DNA of 64,000 nucleotides from Candidatus Bathyarchaeia archaeon (lineage in GTDB: Archaea; Thermoproteota; Bathyarchaeia; Bathyarchaeales; Bathycorpusculaceae): positions 16,442 through 80,441 of the forward strand of contig JAVZNC010000006.1 in assembly GCA_038882955.1 (NCBI GenBank), given 5' to 3'. A program made the position numbers and the translations under genes. A model generated the notes under the pieces. It saw only the letters and a program-made list of their open reading frames with translations. It made no database searches and had not been told where the DNA came from. Below, piece by piece: positions 19,595 through 29,013 of the stretch; the first letter of the stretch is position 1; every line of letters starts with the position of its first letter.

Positions 19595-19701
19595 TTTTCT
19601 GCCCCCTCCTACAATTATATGATTGTTATTGGTCGATTATGAAGTTACCGCCCAAAACTTAAATTGAATTGTCAAAAGATTTGTAAAAGGGCGCTCTAGT
19701 A

Positions 19702-20469
19702 ATGAAGGATGAATTTGCTTTTGAGGCGAAGTTTTACGACAAGATTTGGGGAAGGTATGACTATGATACCGACGTGAAATTTCTGGACGCTTTATTTCGC
19801 AGATATAAATGCCAAAGTGTTCTTGATGTAGGTTGCGGAACCGGGAATCATGCGATGAGGCTAAGCCGAATTGGATATGAAGTAACAGGTGTTGATATAA
19901 GTACGTCGATGCTTAAAATAGCCAAAGGAAAGGATGAAGAAGGGAAAATTAGATTTCTGCAAGGTGACATGAGAAAACTTGAGAAAATCATCCCAAAGGG
20001 ACAGAGATTCGACGCAGCAATATGTTTAGGACAAGTTTTTTCTAACCTAACCACCGAAGAAGATGTACGCACATTTCTAAAGCAGCTACATAACGTATTA
20101 AAGGAAAATGGAATATTCGTTTTTAACGTCAAAAACGCAAAGACGATTAGGACTGAATATCTGGATAAGCTTTGCTTGGACCATATGATAAATGAGGAAG
20201 GATTGCAGCTTTTGATACTGACGTATAATACTCTTGATTCAGAAGATCCGGACATAATCGTTTGGAGGCCTATCTACCTAATCAACGAGAATGGTAAAGT
20301 GAATTTCCAGATAAGGGAACATAAACTTAAGCGGTTTAGATTTTCGAGGCTTAAGGAAATAATGTCTGGAAGTGGTTTTAACATACTGGCGATTTATTCT
20401 GGTCCACGGAAAGAGGAATTTAGGGAAAATGAAGATGATACGATGTGGTTTGTGACGGAAAAACGATAA
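19702..20469 (+). CDS. Class I SAM-dependent methyltransferase
   Basis: VLDVGCGTG, VTGVDIS, QGDMR, LKENGIFVF. Confidence 0.88.
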   Translation: MKDEFAFEAKFYDKIWGRYDYDTDVKFLDALFRRYKCQSVLDVGCGTGNHAMRLSRIGYEVTGVDISTSMLKIAKGKDEEGKIRFLQGDMRKLEKIIPKGQRFDAAICLGQVFSNLTTEEDVRTFLKQLHNVLKENGIFVFNVKNAKTIRTEYLDKLCLDHMINEEGLQLLILTYNTLDSEDPDIIVWRPIYLINENGKVNFQIREHKLKRFRFSRLKEIMSGSGFNILAIYSGPRKEEFRENEDDTMWFVTEKR

Positions 20470-20549
20470 AGCAATGTTCAAACTTTCTCCATATAATCGG
20501 AAAATTTTATAATCTGAACATAATGGTGTTGTCTGGAAGTGGTGAAATC

Positions 20550-21461
20550 ATGCATTTAATCAACTTTAAAGAGTTGTCTGGTAAACAGTTAATGAAAATC
20601 ATTAATAAGGGAATCGAAGTTAAGCGTAATCCAGAAAAGTTTAAGGATGCTTTGGCTGGAAAGTCTTTAGCCATGATTTTCCAGAAAACTTCCACGAGGA
20701 CGCGTGTTTCATTTGAGGTTGCTATGACGCAGCTTGGTGGTCACGCGCTTTACATTGATTGGAGAACGACAAACTTCGCTCTGGCGGATGTTTATGATGA
20801 GACGCAATATTTGTCGCGTAATGTGGATTATATAATGGCTAGGCTGCTTCGAAACGCCGATTTGCAAGTCATGGCTAAAGCCTCACGTGTCCCGGTGATT
20901 AATGGATGCGATGAGAAATATCATCCAAGCCAAGCCATTGCAGACCTAATTACAATGAAAGAGAAGGAGGGAAAGCTTAAGGGACTAAAGCTCGTATACA
21001 TTGGCATTCACAACAACGTTTGCAACTCACTTATAGAAGGATGCACAAAAACAGGAGTTAAAATAACAACCGTAACGCCAATATTCAACGAGCCATCACA
21101 GGATGACGAGCTTCTGGAAAACGCGAGGAAAACTGGACTTTGGGAAACAACATTAAACGTTAAAGAGGCAGTTAAAGACGCAGATTTTGTTTACACAGAC
21201 ACTTGGGTTGACATGGAATTTTTCTTAGACCCGAAGTACGCGGCAGAAAAGGAGAAGCGCATCAAAACCATGATGCCGTACCAAATAAACAAGGAACTGC
21301 TAAAGGGTAGCAACGCCTACATAATGCATGACATGCCGATACACCGCGGCTACGAAATAAGCGAGGACATGATCGAAAGCCCAAGATCGATAATATATGA
21401 ACAAAGCGAAAACAGATTATACTCTGCAGAAGCAATATTGCTGGGACTGCTGGAAAAATAG
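20550..21461 (+). CDS. argF: Ornithine carbamoyltransferase
   Basis: FQKTSTRTRVSF, HPSQAIAD, YTDTWVDM, MHDMP; likely start ATG 20550 after GGTGA. Confidence 0.9.
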   Translation: MHLINFKELSGKQLMKIINKGIEVKRNPEKFKDALAGKSLAMIFQKTSTRTRVSFEVAMTQLGGHALYIDWRTTNFALADVYDETQYLSRNVDYIMARLLRNADLQVMAKASRVPVINGCDEKYHPSQAIADLITMKEKEGKLKGLKLVYIGIHNNVCNSLIEGCTKTGVKITTVTPIFNEPSQDDELLENARKTGLWETTLNVKEAVKDADFVYTDTWVDMEFFLDPKYAAEKEKRIKTMMPYQINKELLKGSNAYIMHDMPIHRGYEISEDMIESPRSIIYEQSENRLYSAEAILLGLLEK

Positions 21462-21519
21462 GAAACAGCAACAATAAGCTACATGAAAAGAAAAAGTTGA
21501 TAATAAGGGGCTCTGTGCA

Positions 21520-22032
21520 TTAAGCGGTTGGTGGAGGCGGCGTAGCAACTTTACCTTCTTTTAGTAACGTGGCAATTATCATTATTATCGCAGAAATCAA
21601 GGCTAGCCAAAAGCCAAATGAAAGATAGGCTGAATAATTCCATGAGATTTCCAAACCTCCAAAGGAGCCACTTGAAAACAGCCCCAGTTCGGTTATTCCC
21701 AACTCGTAGGATAACTGTGGAAGGTCCATTTGCAAGCCAACAGCAAAGACTATTATCGAAAGTAATGCAAGTGCTCCGGCAATAATTAGCATATATTTCC
21801 CTTTGATAATTATGCTTGCTAGAATCCCCAATACGCCCGCTATAATAATTAGGGCTAGTGCTGCCCAACCGTACCAGAAACTCGTATCAAATGTAATGCC
21901 AGAAACTTGATATGGATACACTGAAATGTCCATTGATAGTCCATTGTACGATAATATCAACGTCCACCATGGCAGAACTAGACTGATAAAAGCCAGTATT
22001 GCCCCAACAAGGCCGATTATGTTTACTTTCAA
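21520..22032 (-). CDS. Hypothetical 4-TM membrane protein
   Basis: LPWW after TM1, GFWLAL in TM4, Pro-rich tail. Confidence 0.7.
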   Translation of the reverse strand: MKVNIIGLVGAILAFISLVLPWWTLILSYNGLSMDISVYPYQVSGITFDTSFWYGWAALALIIIAGVLGILASIIIKGKYMLIIAGALALLSIIVFAVGLQMDLPQLSYELGITELGLFSSGSFGGLEISWNYSAYLSFGFWLALISAIIMIIATLLKEGKVATPPPPTA

Positions 22033-22121
22033 ACCATTTTTCTCCTAATGCCTACCCTTTCAAGGCAGATAATATATAATGTTTGCCATATTCAACATCT
22101 AAAAAACACTGTTTTGATTCA

Positions 22122-23027
22122 TTACTTCAATATTAGTTGTACGAATTTTTCTGGGTCAAAGTCTTCTAGGTCGTCGTATGTCTGTCCTGTTCCAATGAAG
22201 AGTATTGGCTTTTTTGTTACGTATGTTACGCTTATGGCTGAGCCACCCTTTATGTCCGCGTCCACTTTGGTCAGTATCGTCGCGTCTATGCCCACGCTTT
22301 TGTGGAATTCTTCTGCTTGCATGACTGCGTCATTTCCCGTAAGTGAATCAACTGTTAAGACTGTTAGGTCTGGGTTTACTACACGTTTTATTTTTGCAAG
22401 TTCGTTCATCAAGTTTCTGTTCGTCTGGATTCTTCCAGCAGTGTCTATTAAAACAACGTTTATTCCATGTGCTTTCGCGTGGCTTATTGTGTCGTAGGCT
22501 ACTGCGGCTGGGTCCGCGCCGTACTTGTGCTTAACCATCTTTATTCCCAAGCGCTTTGAATGCTCTTCCAGTTGTTCTATTGAGCCCGCCCTGTAAGTGT
22601 CGCTGCACGCAAGCACGACTGAATAGCCCTTTTTTGTTAGGAGGTTAGCCACCTTAGCAATTGTTGTTGTTTTTCCAGTGCCATTTATCCCAACAAAAAT
22701 TATGACGAAGGGCTCACCCTTTTTGCGCTTTTCCTCTATAGCTTTGAAAAGGTCTATTTTGTTGTTTATAAGCATGACTTCGAGAAGAATTTCCCGAAGG
22801 TTTTTTTCAACAATTTTCTTGCGGTCTTCAAGCCTTTTAACTTGCACGCCATCCAATCGCTTTTCCATTTCGTCACAGATTCTCTCCGCCACTGGGAAAG
22901 CCACATCGTTTTCCACAAGGCTTATTTTAAATTCGGAAAGTATTGGGCGAAGATTTTCAGCTTTAAGCTCTGTTGTCGTGACCTTGTTTACTAGCCCCTT
23001 TAAGCCAGACTTAAGCTTCTCAAACAT
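22122..23027 (-). CDS. ftsY: Signal recognition particle receptor FtsY
   Basis: GINGTGKTTTIAK, DTYRAGSIEQL, DTAGR, TKVDADIKGG. Confidence 0.96.
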   Translation of the reverse strand: MFEKLKSGLKGLVNKVTTTELKAENLRPILSEFKISLVENDVAFPVAERICDEMEKRLDGVQVKRLEDRKKIVEKNLREILLEVMLINNKIDLFKAIEEKRKKGEPFVIIFVGINGTGKTTTIAKVANLLTKKGYSVVLACSDTYRAGSIEQLEEHSKRLGIKMVKHKYGADPAAVAYDTISHAKAHGINVVLIDTAGRIQTNRNLMNELAKIKRVVNPDLTVLTVDSLTGNDAVMQAEEFHKSVGIDATILTKVDADIKGGSAISVTYVTKKPILFIGTGQTYDDLEDFDPEKFVQLILK

Positions 23028-23486
23028 TTATGGAGTTTTCTCCTCTCGGAGCTGGGCAACTAAACTCTCAAATTTTTCGCGGTCTTCATTGATTTTTTGC
23101 ATAACTTGGACAAGTTGGTTTTGAAGCGAACCCCGCGTTTTCTCCAGGTTTTCAAGCCTACTCTTTATTATCTCTTTAGCCTCTTGTAAGGTCTTTTCAA
23201 TTGAGACTCCAGCGCCCATGCCCACTATAACCTTGTCTGAGTTGCCAAGCTTCACCTTTATGTAGGAGCTACCGCCGATTGGAACAAGCAGTTCAGCGTT
23301 TTCCTTTTCCTTCTCTAATCCTTCCAAAGACATGTTTGCGTATGTTAGGTCTGTTATTACGGCGTTCACCATGTTAATTCTGGATTGAATGGTTTCAGCT
23401 GTCTGTTCCAAAAACCGCATTTCCAAGTTCAGCTTACGAAGTTCATCTTCAATTTTACTCTCCAACGTGACCTTCTCCAACAACAA
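23028..23486 (-). CDS. pfdA: Prefoldin alpha subunit
   Basis: ELLVPIGGSSY, VIVGMGAGVSIEK; conserved position upstream of ftsY. Confidence 0.93.
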   Translation of the reverse strand: MLLEKVTLESKIEDELRKLNLEMRFLEQTAETIQSRINMVNAVITDLTYANMSLEGLEKEKENAELLVPIGGSSYIKVKLGNSDKVIVGMGAGVSIEKTLQEAKEIIKSRLENLEKTRGSLQNQLVQVMQKINEDREKFESLVAQLREEKTP

Positions 23487-23706
23487 GTTTTTTGAGGATA
23501 GGATTTTCTATCTCTTCGGGCTTTATCTCCTCGACACTTAATATTTTTATCTGGAAACGTTTAGCCCTATGCCTACTCCCCAACTCCGCATAAACCTTTT
23601 CAATGGCATGTTCTGGCTTTACGGCTACAACCTCCTTCGCGAATGACGTTTCCAAGTTTGGCTTTCGAATTTCACCCTTTATTCTGAAGACTTTCAACGT
23701 GTTCAT
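23455..23706 (-). CDS. rpl18a: 50S ribosomal protein eL20 (L18a/LX)
   Basis: KVFRIKG, AIEKVYAELGSRH. Confidence 0.92.
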   Translation of the reverse strand: MNTLKVFRIKGEIRKPNLETSFAKEVVAVKPEHAIEKVYAELGSRHRAKRFQIKILSVEEIKPEEIENPILKKLVVGEGHVGE

Positions 23707-24379
23707 CTTCCCTCACCACATCCAATGCATTCCCAATTATAAACATCTCGGGTCCAGTTGTCAAGGCTCCAGCAACAGCCGCATGGCTGTTGCAGATTAA
23801 CCCAGTCCCAACGTAGGGTATTCCACAGTTAATCGTGCCAACATCAACTGGAACTTTCAACACTTCTTCTAAAAGTTTTCTCTCTGAATCCTTCAGAAGC
23901 GGGTGGGCTAATACGCCCTTGTTTGTGGCAACAGCCAAGGCTCCGACATATGGCAAACCAGCAATCTCTCCCTGAACAGCTTCCACGCCCAAAGTTTCAG
24001 ATATTAGTTTTACTTCAGGCGCTTTTAACCTTGGGTCAACAAGTGCTCCATGGTCATTTGCTAAAACCATGTTGCCGTAGGCTGTTTTCCGCGTTTCCAT
24101 AACGGTTATTTTTCCATCGAAGTTGGCGCTTATTGCTTCAAGTTCCTCATCGCGGATTATGTGTGGAAGAATGATGCCGTTCGAGTTTGCAGATGCCAAA
24201 GCGCCAACCAAAATGGAGCCGCCGATTGTTGTGTGTATTAGCTTAACTTTTAGCCATTCTTCAAACCGATTTGCCTTCTTAAGCGGAACAAGACTCGGGA
24301 CAACAGCGATTTTGTCTGTTGCTAATGCGTAAACTCCTATGCTTGCGCTTCCAAAAAGACTGGCGAAGTAAACTGGCAA
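23672..24379 (-). CDS. eif6: Translation initiation factor 6
   Basis: IGVY, SANSNG, GNMVLAND.GALV.P, ATNKGVLAHP, GTINCG, TTGPE. Confidence 0.95.
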   Translation of the reverse strand: MPVYFASLFGSASIGVYALATDKIAVVPSLVPLKKANRFEEWLKVKLIHTTIGGSILVGALASANSNGIILPHIIRDEELEAISANFDGKITVMETRKTAYGNMVLANDHGALVDPRLKAPEVKLISETLGVEAVQGEIAGLPYVGALAVATNKGVLAHPLLKDSERKLLEEVLKVPVDVGTINCGIPYVGTGLICNSHAAVAGALTTGPEMFIIGNALDVVREDEHVESLQNKG

Positions 24380-24382
24380 GCA

Positions 24383-24925
24383 CTAATCTCCTTCAGCCAA
24401 ATAGACAGTTACGTTGCCATCCTTATCCTTTGCGGCTCTCACTCGAATCTTTCTAGGAGGCTTCTCGATGCCTCTACTCCAAATTCTCTCATTAACCTCA
24501 TTAGTGATAATAAGTCTCTTGGGTTCCCCCTCTTCCTCGCCTTCCTCGCGAGCCTCAAGCTTCATGTGCTTTTTCAAAAAGTCTCTCAATATCCTAATGG
24601 CTCTTGCTGCTCGCTTGTTAGGCGGCATAATCCAAGCCTTGCCAAGAGGAACAGTGTAAATCCGCTCTTCAACAATATCTTCTTCTTTAACCTTCTCCCC
24701 ACGCTTCGGCTTGGCTTCCTCCTCCAAAACCTCTTCCTCAACTGGTTTTTCCTCAGCTTCAACAGTCTCTTCAGAAATTTCTTCCCCTTCTTTTTCCTCA
24801 GCCTCGACTTCGGCTTCGGCTTTCATTTCAGCTTCTTCTGCTTCCTTCTCAACTTCCTTGGTCAGCTCTTCAGTCTCCTCTCCGCTTTCTGACTCCTCTT
24901 TCTTGACATCTTTCTCTTCTTCCAT
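24383..24925 (-). CDS. rpl31e: 50S ribosomal protein eL31 with long acidic N-terminal extension
   Basis: ERIYTVPL, RAARAI, VNERIWSRGIEKPPRKIRV; about 80 aa Glu-rich N-terminus. Confidence 0.93.
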   Translation of the reverse strand: MEEEKDVKKEESESGEETEELTKEVEKEAEEAEMKAEAEVEAEEKEGEEISEETVEAEEKPVEEEVLEEEAKPKRGEKVKEEDIVEERIYTVPLGKAWIMPPNKRAARAIRILRDFLKKHMKLEAREEGEEEGEPKRLIITNEVNERIWSRGIEKPPRKIRVRAAKDKDGNVTVYLAEGD

Positions 24926-24937
24926 ATGTAGGCACCC

Positions 24938-25093
24938 TTAAGCCTTTATCTTTCTGATGCGCCATTGCCTCCTCTTTGGATGAGTCCTAAATTTTCCTCC
25001 CGTTTTAGCAATGACCCATGTTGGAACAGCCTTCTTTTGTTTTCCAGCCTTTGCAAGTCTCCTTTTTTTGGCTGTGGGTTTATTTCTCGCCAA
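24938..25093 (-). CDS. rpl39e: 50S ribosomal protein eL39
   Basis: Not in ORF track. Manual translation: [51 protein letters not shown] (alternative ATG at 25099). Confidence 0.95.
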   Translation of the reverse strand: MARNKPTAKKRRLAKAGKQKKAVPTWVIAKTGGKFRTHPKRRQWRIRKIKA

Positions 25094-25095
25094 TT

Positions 25096-25428
25096 TCATA
25101 TTCTCCTTATTCTTGTTTCGCGTCTCTGAGACTGAAGTTGTATAAGTATCTGTTTAAGCTGCTCATCACTTAACGGTATTGGAAGCTTTCCTTGCTGCGC
25201 CAACTGGATTAACTGCAATTCTAAGGCTTCTGTGAACTCTGGCTTAACCATTTTTAGGTTCGCGAGTCTCTGCCTAGCATCAGGCGTTAGAATCTTTCTC
25301 AGAATTGCCTGTTTCTGCAGCTCCATCTGCTGCTGAATTTGGGCTTGCTTCTGCTCTTCGGCTAGTTTCTGCTGTAAAGCCAAGAGCTTTCTCTTACGAA
25401 TTTCTTCAAGCTCCTCCTCAGACATCAC
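25096..25428 (-). CDS. PDCD5-like DNA-binding protein
   Basis: [30 protein letters not shown]; between rps19e and rpl39e. Confidence 0.9.
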   Translation of the reverse strand: MMSEEELEEIRKRKLLALQQKLAEEQKQAQIQQQMELQKQAILRKILTPDARQRLANLKMVKPEFTEALELQLIQLAQQGKLPIPLSDEQLKQILIQLQSQRRETRIRRI

Positions 25429-25892
25429 TCGCCCTTCCCATACTTGGCCAATTGCGGGAACTCCTTCGCAAGTCCATTATGCACTTCTTCAGCTATTTCA
25501 CACATGAGCTTTCTGCCCTCTCGCGTCACAACTCTTCCATTGGGCTTGACGGTTTCAATTAAACCAGCAGCCTCCAACTGTTGTAGGGCTTTCCTAATAA
25601 TGGCTCCGCCAGCCTTGACTGCGTGTTCTGGTCTAACACCGAAATCCTTTCGTCCGCCATACTCAGCTCTTAGTTTTTCTGTGCCTATTGGTCCGTGAAC
25701 ATAAATTTTCCTTAAAAGCGAGGCACAGCGCGTGTACCACCAGTCGGGGTCTTGTGGTTGCTTCTGAACATGCGAGCCCGTCTTCGACATGCTAGCCCAT
25801 TGGGGCGGATTCACTTCGTCCACGTTCTCCTTTAGATATTTAGCTAATTTTTCGATGAATGCTTGTGCTGGAACATCATGCGGGGTTATCAA
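25425..25892 (-). CDS. rps19e: 30S ribosomal protein eS19
   Basis: PQW...KTG, DWWYTRCASLLRKIY, YGGRK, IIRKALQQLE. Confidence 0.96.
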   Translation of the reverse strand: MITPHDVPAQAFIEKLAKYLKENVDEVNPPQWASMSKTGSHVQKQPQDPDWWYTRCASLLRKIYVHGPIGTEKLRAEYGGRKDFGVRPEHAVKAGGAIIRKALQQLEAAGLIETVKPNGRVVTREGRKLMCEIAEEVHNGLAKEFPQLAKYGKGE

Positions 25893-26005
25893 GACTATTT
25901 ATTCCTCTCAGCTTTCCTTCAGTAAAACATGAAGCCAAATATAAAGGCTTTCACTTTTACCCTACATTTTGTCATTAAGCAAACATGCTGAAAATGTTTA
26001 CATTT

Positions 26006-26302
26006 CTACTTTTTCGGAGCAACCTTGCTCTTGCGCTTGTAAAGGATGAATGTGTGTCCCCTAACCTCTATTAGCGACGCTTCTGCCATACCAGCAATTT
26101 TGGACGCAATCTGCTTTGCGGTTCCTTTTTCTAGAGCGCTTTTCAAGATTTTAACCTTGACCATCTCATTCTTATCTAGCTGTTTCCCAATCTCCATAAT
26201 AATTTCAGACGAAGCACCACCCTTGCCAATCCATATGGTCGGTTTCTCCATGCTCAATTCCCGCTTGATTCGTCGCTTCATTCCAACAGTAAGCTTACTC
26301 AA
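26006..26302 (-). CDS. YhbY/CRM-family RNA-binding protein
   Basis: KPTIWIGKGG, EMVKVKIL, EVRGHTFILY. Confidence 0.9.
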   Translation of the reverse strand: MSKLTVGMKRRIKRELSMEKPTIWIGKGGASSEIIMEIGKQLDKNEMVKVKILKSALEKGTAKQIASKIAGMAEASLIEVRGHTFILYKRKSKVAPKK

Positions 26303-26621
26303 GAAATGTCTCCCTTCTTCTACTTCTTAATGGAATTCGCATATGCTTACCACATTCGAGGCATGTTATGACCACGTGTGGTTCTCTCCACTGCCTTATC
26401 CGCACACGACAATTTACGCCTGGCAAGATAAAGCTTTTACAGTGGCGACAAACTTGGCGCCTATACTCTTTTGGCAAACGCACCTTTGCAGCCATGGCTA
26501 TCCTTCGTGCAATGTCCACGTAACGCTGTGCTAGGGCATGATCTTCGCGGTAAGTTTCCTTTGCCAAACGAAATAGTGTGTGGATTCTCTGCATGGCGAT
26601 GCGTTTGGTTTCGGCGTCCAC
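26295..26621 (-). CDS. rnp4: Ribonuclease P protein component 4 (Rpp21)
   Basis: IA.QRI..LF, LAQRYV, CRHC..FILPG, ITCLECG. Confidence 0.93.
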   Translation of the reverse strand: MDAETKRIAMQRIHTLFRLAKETYREDHALAQRYVDIARRIAMAAKVRLPKEYRRQVCRHCKSFILPGVNCRVRIRQWREPHVVITCLECGKHMRIPLRSRRRETFLE

Positions 26622-26643
26622 CTTATTTACACGTCACCCTTTT

Positions 26644-27447
26644 TTAGTTCGCAATGAGCTTCTCTCGAATCTCATTACATTTTTTAGTTGCCTCTTCGAC
26701 AGCCTTCATTAAGCCTTGGCGAATTTGGCTGCCCTCAAGCTCAAAAATTGCCTCGATGGTTGTGCCGCCTGGAGTGGTCACCATATCCTTTATTTTCGCT
26801 GGGTGTTCCCGCGTTTCAAGGATGAGCTTTCCAGTTCCTAGGACTGTTTGTGCAGAACTGTAGAGGGCAAGGTCCCTTGGCAAGCCTACCTTTAATCCTG
26901 CATACATTAGGGCTTCAATGATTATTGAGATGTATCCTGGTCCGCTTCCGCTTAGGGCTGTTATGGCATCCATGTATTTTTCTTCAACCTCCTCGGATAT
27001 GCCCATCATGTCCAAAATTTCCTTGACTTTTCGCTTTTCTTTTGCGTTTAAGCTGTCATCACAGCAGTATGCAGTAAAGGACTCTTGGACCAATACGGCG
27101 ATGTTCGGCATAGTCCTGACAAACTTGGCTTTCGGCGCAATTTTCTTATAAAATCCCAAAGGAATGGTTGCAGCCGTGGAAATTACAAGTTTACCATCGA
27201 TTTCTTTGCTTATTTCCTTCAAAACCTTTTCAACATCATTAGGCTTAACGCATAAGAAAATTATGTTAGCTTCCCGTGCCGCTCGCCTATTGTCCGCATA
27301 AACAGAAGCGCCCAGCTTCTCGATTTCCCTTAGCTTTTCTACATCACGCCTCGTAGCAACAACCCTACCCTTATAACCCCTCTTCAAAAGACTCTTAACT
27401 ATGGCTCCACCAATTACCCCAGCGCCGATAACTGAAATGCACTCCAT
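26644..27447 (-). CDS. proC: Pyrroline-5-carboxylate reductase
   Basis: IGAGVIG, LCVKP, RTMPN, TALSGSGPGY, VTTPGGTT. Confidence 0.94.
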   Translation of the reverse strand: MECISVIGAGVIGGAIVKSLLKRGYKGRVVATRRDVEKLREIEKLGASVYADNRRAAREANIIFLCVKPNDVEKVLKEISKEIDGKLVISTAATIPLGFYKKIAPKAKFVRTMPNIAVLVQESFTAYCCDDSLNAKEKRKVKEILDMMGISEEVEEKYMDAITALSGSGPGYISIIIEALMYAGLKVGLPRDLALYSSAQTVLGTGKLILETREHPAKIKDMVTTPGGTTIEAIFELEGSQIRQGLMKAVEEATKKCNEIREKLIAN

Positions 27448-27548
27448 AAACCCAGCCTCAATCCACAATATTATATTTAACTAACAGAATAACAAGCTGA
27501 TGCGCTATAAAAATAGATTACCTTTCAAAATTTCATGAGTGATGTTGG

Positions 27549-27660
27549 TGGCGCCGGGGGTGGGATTTGAACCCACGCGGCCCGTTATGGGCCACAGGCT
27601 TAATGGCGTTTATGCGTTTTGTCTCCAGGCCTGCTCCCTACCTGACTAGGAGACCCCGGC
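27549..27660 (-). tRNA. tRNA-Ser(GGA) with 22-nt intron at position 37/38 (intron 27601-27622)
   Basis: GCCGGGG acceptor, CAGGC-CT-GGA-G[intron]A-GCCTG anticodon arm, long variable arm, GTGGG-TTCAAAT-CCCAC T arm, G73, encoded CCA. Confidence 0.93.
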
Positions 27661-27800
27661 TTTAATTTGGTGCTTAAGTTTAATTTGATTTTTTGTTTAT
27701 TATGGCTTTTGTGTTTATTGCGTGTTCAATGTTTTGTTGGTTTGTGTCTGAAAAGGTTTATATTTAGGGTTCTTGATGTGTGTGGGAAACCGGGCTGCAT

Positions 27801-28751
27801 ATGGAGCCTTTGATTTTAGGCGCCGTTGCATTTGCAGCGAGTTTATTGCTCCTATATGTTGGCGCCAAGAAAACGTTGCAGGGAGCCGTTTGCTTAGCTA
27901 ACAGCATGTGCATTAACAAGGTTGTTGCGGGCACTGTCGTTGTGGCGTCTATTACCGCTTTGCCGGAGTTGATGAGTTCGCTCATGGCTGTTTTTTGGGG
28001 GTCATCCCATTTGGCGCTTGGGAATCTTATAGGCTCAAACATTTACAATATACCCTTGATTATTGGATTGTGCGGTTTAATTAGGGAGTTTAAAATGAAA
28101 AATTCGTCTGTTGTGACTGAAAGCGCTTTTATGATTGTTTTAAGTTCGATTTTCGCCGTAATCATAATCCTAACTGGTCAAGTGACTTGGTGGCTTGGTC
28201 TAATTTTTCTTTTCGCGTATCTGCTGTTCATTTATTATTCAATTCGAAAGTCAAACAACAATCATGAGGGTGATGGGAATGGAAGTTCAAGAAAAGCTTT
28301 GGCGTATGTTATTCTTGGTGGTGCTGCGCTTTTGGGCGGCACGGCGTTGCTTGTGCGTAGTGCTTTGCTTATTAGCGAAGTTTTTGGTTTAAGGGAGTTT
28401 TATGTTGGACTTACGATTACTGCTTTGGGCTGTATTATTCCAGAGGCTGCGGTCTCCATATTTGCCGCTTTAGAAGGGGAGGAGGAAATATCAATTGGCA
28501 ACGTTATAGGCGACAACATTATCACAATCTCTCTTGTTTTCGGGCTTGTTGCAATAATAGTTCCATTTAGGGGGCGTTCTTTTGAAGTGGCGCCTCAAGA
28601 AATCCTTACAACCGTGCCCTTCATGGTTCTTGTCACGGTTATGCTACTTGTTATGAGTAAGAAGCATCAAAGAATTACTAGACCATTAAGCGTTTTAATG
28701 TTAATTGTTGCCGCAGTAAGTTTTATAGTTCAAACGCTATTTCTAGCTTAA
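27801..28751 (+). CDS. Sodium:calcium antiporter (CaCA/YrbG family)
   Basis: Two alpha-repeats: TALPELMSS...ALGNLIGSNIYN and IPEAAVS...IGNVIGDNI. Confidence 0.88.
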   Translation: MEPLILGAVAFAASLLLLYVGAKKTLQGAVCLANSMCINKVVAGTVVVASITALPELMSSLMAVFWGSSHLALGNLIGSNIYNIPLIIGLCGLIREFKMKNSSVVTESAFMIVLSSIFAVIIILTGQVTWWLGLIFLFAYLLFIYYSIRKSNNNHEGDGNGSSRKALAYVILGGAALLGGTALLVRSALLISEVFGLREFYVGLTITALGCIIPEAAVSIFAALEGEEEISIGNVIGDNIITISLVFGLVAIIVPFRGRSFEVAPQEILTTVPFMVLVTVMLLVMSKKHQRITRPLSVLMLIVAAVSFIVQTLFLA

Positions 28752-28780
28752 ACGTGCATAAAGCGGTGCGAGTGAACATT

Positions 28781-28994
28781 TTGAGGATTGATAAAGGGTA
28801 TTTAACGGTTTTGTTTAGTGTTCTTATGTAGCTGTGTATGTCGTTCTCGCACTCTCTGGTCATTAGCATAATAAATTTGAGGGCTTTTATCTTGAAAGAT
28901 GGCTTTTTGCGTTTGCGGTAGGATTTGCGGTGAGTATTTAACGTCTTTGGCTGTAATCCCGGTTGTAAGAAGAATTGTTAGGTTAACTGGCTAA
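28781..28994 (+). pseudogene. Decayed small membrane protein gene resembling DUF2798
   Basis: Manual reading across frames: MRIDKGYLTVLFSVLM*LCMSFSHSLVISIINL / FYLERWLFAFAVGFAVSI* / SLAVIPVVRRIVRLTG*. Confidence 0.5.
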
Positions 28995-29013
28995 ATGCCT
29001 TCTACTGAATTCT

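Noticed and set aside
27546-27551. Encoded CCACCA at the tRNA-Ser 3-prime end as a degradation tag
   Set aside because: The second CCA is most simply trailer sequence and the acceptor stem is fully paired.
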